Shown piece by piece: positions 1 through 12,945 of a stretch of DNA of 64,000 nt. The DNA comes from Penicillus capitatus (lineage: Eukaryota > Plantae > Chlorophyta). Where the stretch lies: NCBI GenBank assembly GCA_965649825.1, contig OZ287699.1:248001-312000 (forward strand), read 5' to 3'. A program made the position numbers and the translations under genes. Under the pieces are notes generated by a model that saw only the letters and a program-made list of their open reading frames with translations, did no database searches and had not been told where the DNA came from. Each line of letters starts with the position of its first letter. Position 1 is the first letter of the stretch.

Positions 1-106
1 GGGAATAAGATTCTCGAGAGGCTTATTGGAATGACACGCGAATCCGTCTTAATACAATGATTCCCCGTTGACACCTGTCACATCATCCGACGCACTTGCC
101 GGTTCC

Positions 107-1082
107 ATGCCGCGTACACGCGAATGGCTGCGCGAGAATGCGGCTGCCGAGAGCACCTACCCAACGATCGAGCACTTTCTGACAGCGCCTGTCGTGGCGG
201 CAGATGAATGTACGGAGGCGATTCTGAGTGAATTGGAGAGACGTTATGCGGCGCGTTTGATGACGGGAGTCGATCTGGAACGACGCATCCGCCATCCGCT
301 GCGCCTTTCGACGGGCTGTAATGCCACCAACCGACGGCGCTGGTGCCGAATGTCTTCGTCTTAGGCGACGGGCTGGATGTAGTGCTCGGCGGTGGGTTGG
401 CCGCCGGCCAAGTGACAGAGATTTACGGCCGCAGCTCGACGGGAAAGACACAATTCTGCCACCTCCGTACGTCCTCTCACTCCGTCGCCTCGCTCAGCGC
501 GGCACCGTAGTATGCGCAAGGTGTATGTGTGAGGGGAAAAGAGTGATCTATGTGGACACGACGAATGCCTTTACGGCGCAACGGGTCGCGGATTTTGCGC
601 AGGGCGAAACGCAACGGCTGCATCTGATCGACGTCTTTCGCCTTCATGACGTCTATGCGCTCCATCAGCTCCTCGATCAGCTGACGCTTCGAATCGACGA
701 TCCGAGCAGATCACGGCCCGTCGTATTCATCGTCGATTCGATTTCGGCCCTGTTGACGACGGTTTCGAATTTTGACTCCCGTCAGAGCATGGCGCTGATC
801 GAGTGTCTGGGTCGTGCCTTGCGACGTCTGGCCGACGATCACGACATCGCGGTGATGGTGACGAATCATGAAGTTGGTCGAGGAACGCCGAGAACGCATT
901 CCCAAAGGGCGCCAGAGAATGGAGCGCCGGCGCTTGGTCATGTCTGGCGACACCAGGTCCATCGACGTGTCCACGTGCAGACGCGCAGCCAAAACTGGCA
1001 GTCGATTGAATGCGAATCCAGTCTCTCCTACATCCGTCTCGACAAAGACACCATCATGACAGTAAACGAATCCTCCGCTTGA
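107..1082 (+). CDS. RAD51D: RAD51 paralog, RAD51D-like (spliced; start uncertain)
   Basis: Spliced reading LSTGC|DGLDVVLGGGLAAGQVTEIYGRSSTGKTQFC (Walker A); VIYVDTTNAF; Walker B VFIVDSIS; LRRLADDHDIAVMVTNH; PALGHVW. All match RAD51D-family motifs. Confidence 0.8.
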
Positions 1083-1498
1083 GCAGATCTCGATGGCGAC
1101 CGCAACTCGATCGTCGCGAAAGCCGAAGATAAAAAAACGCAAATCGATCGATTGTCATCACAGACGTCATACAATTTGGCAAAACTGTCAAGAACCTGTC
1201 GCACGGTTGTTTTTCTTGTACTTGATAGTACCCGCCCACCCTTTGCTTGCCGTCGCCGGCATGCCGGTGCGCGTCCCGTTGTCGAATGTCAGCGTCGTCG
1301 ACAAACACAGCGAGCGCTTCACGAAGATTGACTCTTTAACGTAAAGCGCTGCGGGATTTTCCCCAACAGACGCGACTGGACACCTTCCATTTCGTTCTCC
1401 CGTTCCGCCAACGCCTTTATCGTACGACCTCTTCTCGGCGCATCGCTATCGAACGTCGCAGTCGGGAAAGCGTCTCTCGGACCAAGCGTGGCAAGGTC

Positions 1499-2485
1499 AT
1501 GGAAGAATTTCTCCGCGACGTGCGTCGTCTGGCGCAATCTGCTTACACCAAGCTCCACATGTTCTTAAAAGGGGCCAATCCTGTCGCCCTTCAACTGACA
1601 GGTGGACTTCGAGAGGGATCGGTGAAGGAATGGTCGCTTGTGCCGTCACAGGTCTGCTGGGAATCGCTGCCGTTTTGGCCGGCGTCTATCATTTTCGTGC
1701 ACTACGACGGAGAAATCGCGGCAATATCCACAACCGACCTCCTCGGGAAACATGGAATCCGAACCCCAGACGTCACATCACCATGACATCTCCCTCTGAT
1801 CTGCTTCAACGAATGTGTCCTGTACAGTGTCGGGCGCGGCAAAGCCCGGATCGGGATTCGGCGGCGTGGGGTCGGAATCGGCCCCCGTTCGTTTGTGTGA
1901 CCTGACAAGCCATCTCCCTGGCATCAAGACTATTACCATCTCCGCTCCGGGCGTTCTCTTAGAGGAATGGGATCCTGAGAAGATCGAAGAGGGTGCCAAT
2001 GTCAAACCCGATGCCGCCGAGATCGTCAAGGAACTGGCCGAAGGCATGCATGTCTATATCCTGGCACATGTCTCACTCTATCTCACTCTTTTTGAGTCTC
2101 ACCATGTGGCGGCGCACAGGTCAAGAGTGACGTGGGAGAGACGGCGATCCGGGCGGCGTTGGAATCGGCCAAGGTTTTGGGATCCGGTTGTCGGCAGTTG
2201 CTGCCACACCGCTTGGTCTTCTGTGAGAAACTGAAAGGAAAAGTGTCGGTCGTGAGACAGATCGAACCGCAGCTCCACATCGATGGCAGCTCCGAGACAC
2301 TGGAGGAATTGCAGAGATTTATTCCGCATCTATACCACGTTGTACGAAAAGGACATTCTCCGGCCGCTTGCAAAACGCGTGCGTTCACTACGATGCCGTT
2401 CGTCGTATGGAGAGGTCCTGTTCTAGATCTCGTGGCCTGCGGTCCGACATTGGCGGATGTCCTGAATGTCCAAGTGTTCAATTGA
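1499..2485 (+). CDS. PEX22: Peroxisome biogenesis protein PEX22 (plant type, spliced)
   Basis: N-terminal TM (GIAAVLAGVYHF), then GVLLEEWDPEKIEEGANVKPDAAEIVKEL and RLVFCEKLKGKVSVVRQIEPQLHID, resembling Arabidopsis PEX22 (KVLFCSTEIGRTSFVRQLEPDWHID, recalled). Confidence 0.75.
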
Positions 2486-2785
2486 TCGAGAATGCGACGA
2501 TGCTTGAGCGGCGAAAGCGTGTATGTGTAAACGGTCAACATTTTAGGAATAAGTTCAATCGGCGGTGTCTTATGGGGGACACACGCGTGACGTGACAGGA
2601 TAGAACTGCGAAAACGTCCATAAAGAACAACCACAGTCTATCCATCTATCTAGACTAATGGCAGCTTCGTCACTTTGTGATCTCAAGAGTACAAATCACT
2701 TTTGTTTTGTGGACTCACAGAAAATACGAAAGAATCGATCCCTTTCGGGTACGTTTTGAGATTGCGTTGTCGTTTGCCATAAGAG

Positions 2786-3931
2786 CTACTTGCGAGAATC
2801 CCCATCCCCGATTGTCACACCAGCTTCACCCTCGGCGGTTGTCTCGACGTTCGTTCCTAAGAACCGGATCATCCTAAGTCGTCGGGCTAAATGCTGTATG
2901 GCGAGATACCTGTTTCGGTATTCTCCGCTTTTCCGTCTTCGATTGTCTCGCTTGTAATGATCTCCATCGTTGATATGATATCCCCAGAGGCAAAGGCTAC
3001 AGAATACGTCATTTACTAGGATCGGCTTGTGGATGGTATGATGGATTACTCTCTTCGCAGTCGACTTTGGCGACTAGGAGGATGACGGTACGTACAAGAG
3101 CTTGAAGAGCCACCGCTGCCCTGGTCGTGGTTTCTGAGCATCCCGTGCCCGTCCCATTAACAGCGACAGAGGTTGATGCCGTTGCAAATGCCTAAATAGA
3201 AATCGCCTTGTGGGAAAGGGGCCAAGCGGGATAGCGATATCTACCTCGGCGAAATCGGAAACGGATTTTTTGACGACCGCCCTGGCGCGAGACCTTTTGA
3301 TTCCAATTCTTGCGCGAACAGCAGCCTTGCGGAGGACAACAGTGAAATCCTTGGCTCGCGATGTCGCAATGGCTTTGCTCTGAGCTTTGCCCGAGCCGTT
3401 TCCTAGAAAACGCAGACGGTTACTGCCGTGTCAGGTCATTTGACAAGGGCCTTACCTTGGATACTTACACAGCTCTTGGACGATGCCGTTGCCTGAACTT
3501 CAACTGTGAGTAATTGCACAGCAGAGCTGTTCAGTTGCGAAAAGGCAGAGCGGCAGAAATCTTTCTCGCTTCCTTTACTCTTACCCCCACCAAAAGATTT
3601 ATCGGCGGTTTTGAACACCTCCCGCGCAGCTTTCAGAAGTTCCACCTGCAAAGGCGCACACTTAAAGGACGGAAAAGGCACAAACGCGTGTACTCGGATG
3701 GACGACTGTGTGGATGCTCTAGCAGTAGCGTTGGCACTTGCTTTGCCGGGGCCGTCGAGCACTAGGTTCACACTGGCCGTGTTTTGTTGCAGACTTCGTT
3801 CAGCCGTTGCATTGCCAGCTGCATCGTACACACACTAAGCCGAAAACAGCGAGTGTTTAGTTCGTTCGTTGCCTTGTCCGACCCGCGGCACTTACCAGTA
3901 TCAACAGAAGAAACACAATAGACTTCATCAT
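2786..3931 (-). CDS. Secreted Ala/Ser/Thr-rich protein of unknown function (multi-exon)
   Basis: MMKSIVFLLLIL|CVYDAAGNATAERSLQQ gives a signal peptide plus the RSLQQ motif. Several GT-AG mini-introns join open exons (GNGSGKAQSKAIATSRAK; AFATASTSVAVNGTGTGCSET; GTNVETTAEGEAGVTIGDGDSRK*). Confidence 0.6.
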
Positions 3932-4171
3932 TTAAACTTGTACAGGACTTCGTTCCTCTGTTCTTTGAACGTATGACAATTCACAAGGCGTGAGGAGAGG
4001 GCGTGCGCAGTGGGGACGTGCAAAAGAAAGCGCGTACAGAATGGAAAGAGAAATAATGTAGAGCGAGGCGGAACGAATGGCCTTTAATCGACGGAGGGTA
4101 TTTGTGGGACGAGAACGCGAGGCAGAAGTTCACCGTTCATTTCCTTCAATGCTCTCCATTGGTTCTAGACA

Positions 4172-5272
4172 CTAACCATCCCATTCAATGCTCATTCTAT
4201 CTGAAAGGAAGGTCGACAAGGACGCGTGAACCACCGTCCCGGATTGCTTGGCGATGGCTATCATCCGATGCAGCGTCGTTAGAGAAACGGCCCGACGTAG
4301 GGAGGAAAGGACAGCGCCGACGTCGCCATTTTTGTCCACCTAGACGACCGTTAGACGCAACGGTCGATACAAGAGAGACGCACGCTCACGCACAGGACGC
4401 CCTCTGATGCTGCCTCTTCGGCACTTGACATGTCCAGCACAAAGGCACCGTCAATCTAAGCACGCATAACGTGAGCAGTGCAGCTTGCATTGGGTAAGGG
4501 GAGACGTTGCCGACGGTTAGGATAATGGGACACAGGGTGGTATCCAGTTCGACTGCCTGTTCCTCGTCAATCTCTATCTCCGGCACTTCCATGCCCTCCT
4601 CGAGCGCCACCTGCAGCTCCAAGCTCCTGCCCGTCACTTCAGCGTGACGCATCAGACTTCGACGCGGGGAAGGGAGAGTCCGTGCATGGCGCATCGAGTG
4701 GCGATAGAGATCGCTCCCAAGACATTTCCGTCGACATTCAGCACGGTCGCATCGACGAAGATGACGAAGCACGTCTTGCCGTCCAGAATACCGAGGCGAC
4801 GCATGTCTAGACCGCAACCTGCAACAAACATTGCGTCCTATCGCACTCCGTCCACTTCAGCGTCGCACTCTTTTTCGTTTTCCGATCCATCTTCCAGAGA
4901 TGTGACAGGGCGTCGCCCAGCTCATGGCCGTAGAGCTCGGAGGCGTCCTCCTAGCAGAGGACGTCGTCATGCAGTGCTGGAGTGCATGTGATCGATCACT
5001 TCGACGTCAGGCGTGCCGCATGGCGCATAGTCGACGAAGAACTCGATGCGACCGCAGTCTGGCGCATCGACCGCCGGTTGGCCGAGTTCGACTTTGATGC
5101 CCACAAAGACATCCGTCTTGCCGAGACGCACCCGAGCAGATCCTGTCGCCTGCGGCACGACGTCGAGCTGCGCAGCGACGCGGCGAAACGCCTCAGTGCC
5201 GCGGCCATCGAGACGGCAGCCTTTGGCTGTTGATGCTGCAATGTACTGACGCTCGCCGACACTGATATTCAT
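4172..5272 (-). CDS. RRP42: Exosome complex component RRP42 (RNase PH family)
   Basis: MNISVGERQYI...GCRLDGRGTEAFRRV...VVPQATGSARVRLGKTDVFVGIKVELGQP; later exons give CPIILTVG and GAFVLDMSSAEE. Confidence 0.88.
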
Positions 5273-5979
5273 TTTCCGCGATCGTTGCGTTCGGCAGGAC
5301 AACGAACCAAAGACGTACACAAACGCGAAGAATTTTCTTTACATCCGCGTTAATCACGTTGTGTTTGGATTCAAATATCTACAACATCGAAAGCGTCACT
5401 TCTGCTTCTTCGTCTCTTGCCGAGAAGCGAAGGCACTCCGTCAGTCCTGTCAAACGGCATCGGATCGATTACCCAGAAGAACTTGGGCTAGTTGCAGATG
5501 GTTGGAATCGGCATGGTCGAGCAGTCATGTATGTAGGACAGGGTGTTATGGACAGAGTTGTTGTTTGCCTTGCGTATGTGGTTTTCTCACGCGTCATCTG
5601 GAATCTCGACATGTTCTTAAGAGCAATCTATACGTTTTGCCGTTTTTGTGACATCCGGTGAAGGTAACGGCACATTCGTAGATGTCTGAACCACAGGGAT
5701 CTCTATCACCAAGGAGCGTCTCTTTCTTTGGCCTCCGTTGTCGCCATGGATGGCCGAGATCGCAAACGCAGCGAGCGATGCGAAACCAAGCGTCGCGATC
5801 TATTAAATGATACAGTAGGTTTAATAAATTGCATTTATGGACGCCGCCGTTCAGAGATGCCAGTCCCTTCTCGTCAGTTCTGAGTTCGCAATCGAAGGTC
5901 GTGTGTCGCATCGTCCTAGCAGGTACGGAACCCATTAGCTCCTTCGGTTTTGGTTTTATCCAAGAGCGTTTCTAAACAG

Positions 5980-6273
5980 ATGGCCAAGTCGAAGAATCAT
6001 ACGGCGCACAACCAGGCGTACAAGGCACATCGCAATGGGATCAAAAAGCCGAAGAAGCAGAAGATGCCCTCAAAGAAAGGAGTAAGGAAACGACATCTCT
6101 CACCTGTCACATCATCTGATCCTTCCCCGGCTTTGCAGATGGACAGAAAGTACCTCAAAAATCTGGTAAGGCGATTGGATTGGTGCACGAAAGCACGATC
6201 TGGTGACTGTGGAATGTAGAAATATGCGAGAAGAGGCAACAAGAAAGCGGCAGCGGCGAGAGCCGCGTCCTAG
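5980..6273 (+). CDS. RPL29: 60S ribosomal protein L29 (eL29); 2 coding introns plus a 5'UTR intron ending just before the ATG
   Basis: [34 protein letters not shown]|MDRKYLKNL|[17 protein letters not shown]. Confidence 0.97.
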
Positions 6274-6288
6274 AGTCTCTGCTTTCGC

Positions 6289-6519
6289 TCACCTTTGTCT
6301 TAGCGTGGACGAGCATCTTCTGATCGAACGTCCTGTAAGGCAGTCACATCATAACAGCGATAACGTCGCATCGCGGTGACGGATGTGACAGGCGACATCT
6401 CACTGCGGATTATTACCTGTACACATCTGAACGTATTTCACTCGACACCGGTCACACTTCGGAAGAAGTCGGTTGATTCCCTTTTCGGCGATCTTAGTCA
6501 CATCATCGATCAGTAAGGA
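6289..6519 (-). CDS. Terminal exons of an unidentified gene (upstream exons unresolved)
   Basis: Exon 6417-6519 is bounded by AG/GT and reads SLLIDDVTKIAEKGINRLLPKCDRCRVKYVQMCT. It splices across intron 6333-6416 to GRSIRRCSSTLRQR*. Confidence 0.3.
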
Positions 6520-7086
6520 CTTCGGAAGCAAAGAGGACGGTAATTTTGAATGCGCCCAGAAAAGAGTGATAACGGTGTTCTAAGTATTTACCTCGTGTTC
6601 GGCAGCTCAAATCATCGAGACCAGACAACGACGCTCAAAATTGCTGGATACCCACGGAAGCGCACCCAGCTACTGTGGCCGACAAGAAAGGGACAATGAT
6701 GTCGATGCAGATGGTATGCTCGTTAGGAACAATGTATGTCGAGACGCGTCATTCAATTCTTCCTCAAAACAATTCAAAGACCGCAGCAGTCATGTCTGTC
6801 ATACATCCTGCTCATGTCCATGCAATTGTTCCATTCAAGCACCAACCAGGATTCGTCAAATTCAGCACATCCACATCTTGAGTCTACATTCCACACACAG
6901 GCAACCAAGGCGACGGACTTCCTATCTCAAGCCGTTCTCCTTTCAGCTCCTCTGTTCGGCGAAATCAGAGTTCTGGACTGAAGACATGTTGTCCTGTCAG
7001 GCTATCTACAATCGACTCTGCATTCTCTGTTTGTTTTTATTACACTCTTTCTCTTCATGCGTTTGGACAAAGATCTCTCTTTCTGC

Positions 7087-8442
7087 TTATCTCAGGCGCG
7101 CCTGGGAGGTGTTCGTTGCCGGTCGGACTTCTTCGTCTTGTACTCGATGCAAGAAGATCACACTTCTCATAGTATCAGGATTGTATCCTTCGACGCCAAA
7201 TCTCCAGTCGTAGCTTATGGCATAGGCGATGATGGAACCGTCTCGACTGAAAGCAGCACACGAGATGGAATCGCGACACTGCTGCATCGCTTTCAAGCGA
7301 CGCTTTCGATCCTTGTCCCAAAAATGAAACGCTCCATCAGCACCTACAATCCTCTCACTCATTCCAAAAGTGTGACAGAATGACATGTCAAGCCACGCTA
7401 TATCCAAGACTTACCGCAGGTGACAAAAGTGCCGTAGGTTGGATGGACCTTGATGGCGTTGACAGAGAAGACCTCTTGGCCAGTTCTGCACACAGTTCCC
7501 TCCAATCCGCTACTGCCGTGAATTCGAGGGATGTCACCTCGGTTCACCTTGACGGTGACACTTGAAAGTGAAGTTCTTGGAGGCGTTGACGGCCTCGATG
7601 TTCTGCACAGCGCAGCGACCTTCAATCGAGCCGATGAAGTAGCCCTTCTCATCATTGAAGCACGCCACACAACGCGTCTGCCATTTGAGTGGCGACTCGA
7701 CTGTTGTTCGAACCGTCTGGGGATTGCGCAGATCAAAGATCTGATATCATAACCATCCGTGTATCACTTCGTGTGGGGCGTTAGCATAGGAGTGACCTGG
7801 ATGTGACGTCTGGAGGTACCGACGACGAGAAGCTGACCGCGAACGTCCATGGCGTTGATTCTGTCAACAAGCAGATGCGAATAGACTGGAGTGCAAGAAC
7901 GGCAGTCCCAGTAGGAAAGGCGTTTGTCCCACGATCCCGTCAGCAGATAGTTATGCTCATTGACAAAAGTGCATTCCTTAACGCCGTTTTCATGCTGCGC
8001 CACTTGCTGCATCTGATTCGCGGCCAGGTCCCAGAGCTTGACCTGCATGACACGTCCACGAGATTTCGGGGTGATGGGACAGCTCTACCTGACCGTCTGC
8101 TCCGCCGAAGAAGACGCCGCGGCCATCTCGGCTGAATGTGCTGCAGAGAACAGGCTCGGAATGCGTTTGCATGGCTTTGGGCGTGCATTGGATCGCGTTC
8201 TGCGATGTTCCGGCGTAGTAAGAACGCTGAGAGGTGTACTCCCAGAAGCGGATGGATCCGTCCCATGCCGTCGCGACAAAGTGATCGGAGACGGGACTGA
8301 AGTTTACGGTGCTGATCCCATCCGTCGCCACCTCGGGGACTTCGTAGTCGTTATTGGGATTGTGTGCGGTGCCCGGTTGTCCCGTGGAGGAAGGAGACGT
8401 TGACGTCAAGGCGTTATTGGCACCGAAGCTGCTTCCAAACAT
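7087..8442 (-). CDS. RAE1: mRNA export factor RAE1/Gle2 (WD40)
   Basis: PNNDYEV..ATDGISTVNFSP; VKLWDLAANQMQQVAQHENGVK; LLTGSWDKRLSYWD; HPTYGTFVTCG.DGAFHFWDKD; AYAISYDWRFG. Confidence 0.93.
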
Positions 8443-8918
8443 TGAATTGCACACTGCCGAACGCTGCGAGGAAACGCCGCTGCCGTGGTGTCACTTCTAC
8501 CGAGAAAACCTTACGACACGGACTTGCACCTCGTCATCGGGCTTTATAAATGCCGTCGAGATAGCATTAACCAAAATCGACAGCGACGGGCGTCATTCGT
8601 CCGTGCTAGCGATGACGCTCGCGATTCTGCCGCGCTGAACTGATCATAAGAGTATGAAATGCCACCAAATCTCACCCTTCTGCGCAGAGAGAATTATGGT
8701 CTTGTGTTATTCGATGTGTCGAGCTAATGAAACAGCGGAAGCTGACATATGTTTTCTTAATTGTTCTAGATTATCCTAGATGACTGTCAAGGTAAGAAGA
8801 TGCCCGTCATGACTTTAAACGGAAAAACGCGTGTGAGCTATTATTCGTTATTTTCTCTCACTTCAGATTCTATTCTAAAACTGTCATCAAATTCTTAATT
8901 GTCGAGCGAAAGGCACAA

Positions 8919-9612
8919 ATGAATGAGCTGTCTGAAAAACAAAACATTTACTTAAGGAGACTCAGACTTCGCCGGGAATTGGTCTCCGAAAAAGCCGAAC
9001 CGGCGGCCAATTCGGCAAAGAATGGAGTGGGGGTGCTGTCTGAAGAACAAAAGAGTAACCTCCGGAGACTCAGATTTCGCCGGGAATTGGTCTCCGAAAA
9101 AGCCGAACCGGCGGCCAATTCGGCAAAGAATGGAGTGGGGGTGCTGTCTGAAGAACAAAACATTTACTTAAGGAGACTCAGACTTCGCCGGGAATTGGTC
9201 TCCGAAAAAGCCGAACGGCCGGTCCGTTTGGGAAAGCTGCGAATCTCGGATTCAGGCAGCACAAGGAATGGAAGCGGTTCGAACAATGGAGTGAACAATT
9301 CCTATACTCGACAGACAGGAGGTCGAACCTAGCGCTACAAAGTGAGAAAACGAAATAATGGGCTGCCTTTAGTGACATCTAAGCTAGACGAGACTGAGGG
9401 CAAGTGTGTCGTTTGTCTTGACAAGGAACAAACATCTGGTTTTGTTCATGGAGAAACGTAAATCAATTATTTCTCAGATTCTAAAAGAGATGGTTCTTCT
9501 TAGATCGCACAAGTGCGTCTGTGCTGATTGCTGCAGATTGCTTCACCGAAGGGGATCCAAGTGTCCAGTTTGCTTGGCAGAAGTGGATTGTATCGTTATC
9601 AGTTACTTCTAG
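8919..9612 (+). CDS. RING-HC (C3HC4, IAP/Mdm2-like) E3 ligase with N-terminal 36-aa repeats; introns 9322-9372 and 9458-9503
   Basis: Splicing joins the repeat ORF in frame to KCVVCLDKEQTSGFVHGET|SHKCVCADCCRLLHRRGSKCPVCLAEVDCIVISYF*. Confidence 0.75.
8928..9216 (+). repeat. 108-nt coding tandem repeat, about 2.7 copies
   Basis: Units start at 8928, 9036 and 9144 and encode LSEEQ(N/K)..LRRLR(L/F)RRELVSEKAEPAANSAKNGVGV. Confidence 0.95.
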
Positions 9613-10155
9613 TGCGCACATCTTCGCCAAAGAACATCCATCACTGTCCAATTCTATGTATGCGAGTAAGTATCGACATTTTGACTTTATCGATCGAAGT
9701 ACATCTTTTTACGGACGAAAAAAATGTTGCCTTATTTTTATCTTTCGTGAGTGTCATCAGTGTGCTGGTCTCCAAATGAAAGAGCAAAATGGCAGCAATC
9801 ACTACATGTTTCCGATAAACGTTGAATACTGCAGTGCTGCATTTCGATTCAAATATACATGGTGGTAGACATGGTCGTTATGTCGACTGAGAGAATGAAA
9901 GATAAGAGATCTTTTTGGTACGGATGACAGATGCTGCGAACACTTGCTCGATGATGCACAAATCCCCTTAGTCACGATCAATATTTAAATCAAAAGGTCC
10001 CTCCGCCATGTCCTCGATCTGGAATGCATCAACTTCCGTCGTACACTGCACGCGAGTTCTTCTTTCCTTGTTTCGGATGAAAGGAGGGGACTGCTGATCA
10101 AGCACCTGTCTCTGCGGCAACGGTGCCCGCACCGGCGTTCTTCACTTTCATTACC

Positions 10156-12945
10156 ATGGCAGACAACGCGGGGCACGATGACTACGAAGGCTTCCAATGG
10201 ATCGGCGAGGAAGCTTTCTACACGTTTCCCCATCCCCTTTCGTCGACTTGCGCAAAAACGTGTTCGTGATGTTAGAACACAGAAAGACAGGCGCAGGATG
10301 ACGAAGGAGGACGCGATTTACGGAGTCTTCGCCGAAGAGGAGGAGGAGACTCGACCGAAGCGACCCCGAGACAGACGCCCACATGCCACTCGGGGCGCCG
10401 TTTCCTTCGTCTCCTCTGGGCGCGTCCAGGAAGGAGAGGTCGCGCGTGACACAGTCGAAATTACACTTCCACGATCCGCTCCCGCCGAACCCACCCCAGC
10501 CGAAACCACACCAGAGAGCGACGCCACCTCTCTGCCCACATCTTTCGGTCAGAAGTGCGCCGAAAGAGTGACAGTGGGAGTGTGTGAGAGAGAAGCGTGT
10601 GTGCGCCAGGATCCGCGACGGGGCACTGAAAAGACAGAGGGAGGAGAAGGAGAAGGAAGAGATACAGCAAGCATGGAAGGAAGCGGGACAGACCGGCTTC
10701 GCATCCTTCGAGCAGCATTCTCGCGGCATTGCCAGCAAACTCATGCAGAAGATGGGATACAAGCCAGGAGAAGGACTGGGAGCGCGCAAGCAAGGTCTTC
10801 TCGCGCTTTTTCACCGATCGTTCTCAGGAGCTGCGCAATGCGGCAGGCATGGTGGACCCACTGGTGCAGAAAATGCGTCCAAAGAGCATGGGGATGGGGT
10901 ATGGTGACTTCAAGGAGCAGGGACCGGAACTTGACCACGCTGCCGACGCAAAACCGCAGGTCCCTTCCTAGAGAGATGGAACCTTGATCCGAAAGAGTGA
11001 CCCGTTTGATGCGCAGGAAGAGCCCGAGGTCCCCGAGAAGCGGCCACGCCTGTGGAGGGCTTCCACTGCGAAAGAGAGACGCAAGAGATCGTTCCGAACA
11101 GCCGAAGAAGTGCTGCAGGAGACAGAGGAGGCGTGGAAGGCGCCTGTCCTGCCTACGATTCTGGACATGCGAGGACCCAAGGCACGCGTTCTTACAGACT
11201 TGGCCAAGTTGAATGAAGACCGTCCAGACGAGGCACGGCCAATGCCGGAGCTGCAGCACAACATGGATCTTCTGGTCGAGATGACGGAGAACGAAATCAA
11301 GAACGTCCATGCGAAGCTCAAGACGACGGAAGACATGGCGGTGCTAATGGAGAAAGAAGAACAGAGGCTGCTGGACGAGATGGAGGAGCGACAACAGGAG
11401 ATCGATCGACGCCTCGAGCTCCAGTCCCGATTCGAAACGCAGATCCGTCCCGTGGATCCCACCACACAGTACGATGCCCTTCTGCAGGCGTCGCAGGAAC
11501 TTCAGACAGCGTTCTCAGTCGATTACAAAGCTTGCAAGGTTCCGGTGCTTCTGCTGGACAAGGTGTGTCGATTGCGCCTGGAGTGCGATGCAGACGAGTG
11601 AGCCGTAGGTCCTGCCCTACTTTGAAGCCCTGTATCGGAACTGGCAGCCGTTCGAGGACGGGGAGCGGGGTCGCGAAGAGATGCGTGCCTGGAAAGGTCT
11701 GCTCTCTCTTCCCCTCGCGTCCAAGTCCTCCCTTGAGGTTATACCATCCCGATCGCCTGTTCCCTGACGTCACGTTTCTCGCAGGAGGACTGCTTCGGAT
11801 TGCTAATGGTCTGCACAATGATGCCGCCGTTGAGATCCGCCATCGTAAATATCTGGCGTCCGCGGGATCCGGAGCCGCTTCTTACTCTTCTAGACCTGTG
11901 GAGATATCTCTTCCCTCAACAGCTGATGCGATACGTTTGCGAGGCACTTGCGTTTCCGAAGCTGAAGGCTGAGGTCGAGAGATGGGAGCCACGGTCCGAC
12001 GCCCTCCCCGTGCACACATGGATCCATCCGTGGCTGATCTGGATGCCAGCAAAGCTCAGACAGCTATACCCTGCGATCTTGCACAAACTCACCGCGGCCC
12101 TCCAGGTTTCGATTTCGCCTCGTGGGGACAAAGCTCTCAGCTCGTCGCCGTGTTGTGTAGAACTGGCAGCCGTCAGACGCGAGTGCGTTGGTTCTGCTGC
12201 GGCCATGGAAGACGGTGTTCGACGAAGAGCAGTGGACGTCGCTTCTCTCCAAGGCGATCTTGCCAAGACTGGCCCATTCTCTGCAAGTAGGGCTCGCTCC
12301 TCTTGATTTTTTTCGACCGACTGTTGTGATCAGGATTACGAGGTCGATCCCTTGACGCATGACGTTTCCACGGTCGAAAACGTCGTCGCGTGGCAGGAGG
12401 TCGCGCCGGCCAAAGACCTGGCGGCGTTGCTGGATGTCTGTTTCTTTCCTAAGTGGATCAAAGTTCTGCACCATTGGTTGACACACAGTCCCAATCTGGA
12501 AGAGGTCTCCGCTTGGTACCTCAGCTGGAAGGGCGTCTTTCCACAAGTGATTCTTGATGCGCCGAAGGTGGCCAACCATCTGAGCACGGCATTGGATTGC
12601 ATGAACCGTGCAGCAGAGGGCTTGCCCATTCCCTCTCTGGAGATGCTGGTGCGCGAAGAGGAGATCGATTTCAAGAAGCAGAGCCGTACGGCCGGTGCTT
12701 CTCCCAAACGCGCCAAGGAGACGTTCACACTGAGGGACATGGTCCAGAGCTTCGCGGAGGAGAAGAACATATCGTTTGTGCCGAAGCCGAAACGGATGCA
12801 CGAGGGGTTGCAGGTCTACAGCTTTGGAGGCGTCAGTGTCGTGCTGGACATAGCACAGAACGGCATCCGGGGACAGTTTGGACAAACCTGGAAACCGTTG
12901 TCTCTGGAGCAACTCTTCTTAGAGGCACAGAGGCGGTCAAAATAA
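10156..12945 (+). CDS. TFIP11: Tuftelin-interacting protein 11 / Ntr1 (G-patch, spliceosome disassembly)
   Basis: MTKEDAIYGVFAE; G-patch GIASKLMQKMGYKPGEGLGARKQG; RPKSMGMGYGDF; PMPELQHNMDLLV; VHTWIHPWL; FFPKWIKVLHHWL; EGLQVYSFGG. Confidence 0.93.

Noticed and set aside
4895-7810. GATGTGAC near 4899 and 7800 counted as intronic motif copies
   Set aside because: Both are 8/9 matches lying in coding exons (RRP42 LSHL; RAE1 RHIQ), so they were excluded from the count.
8928-9216. Direct repeats as a CRISPR array
   Set aside because: These are contiguous 108-nt in-frame coding units with no unique spacers, in a eukaryotic gene with no cas genes.
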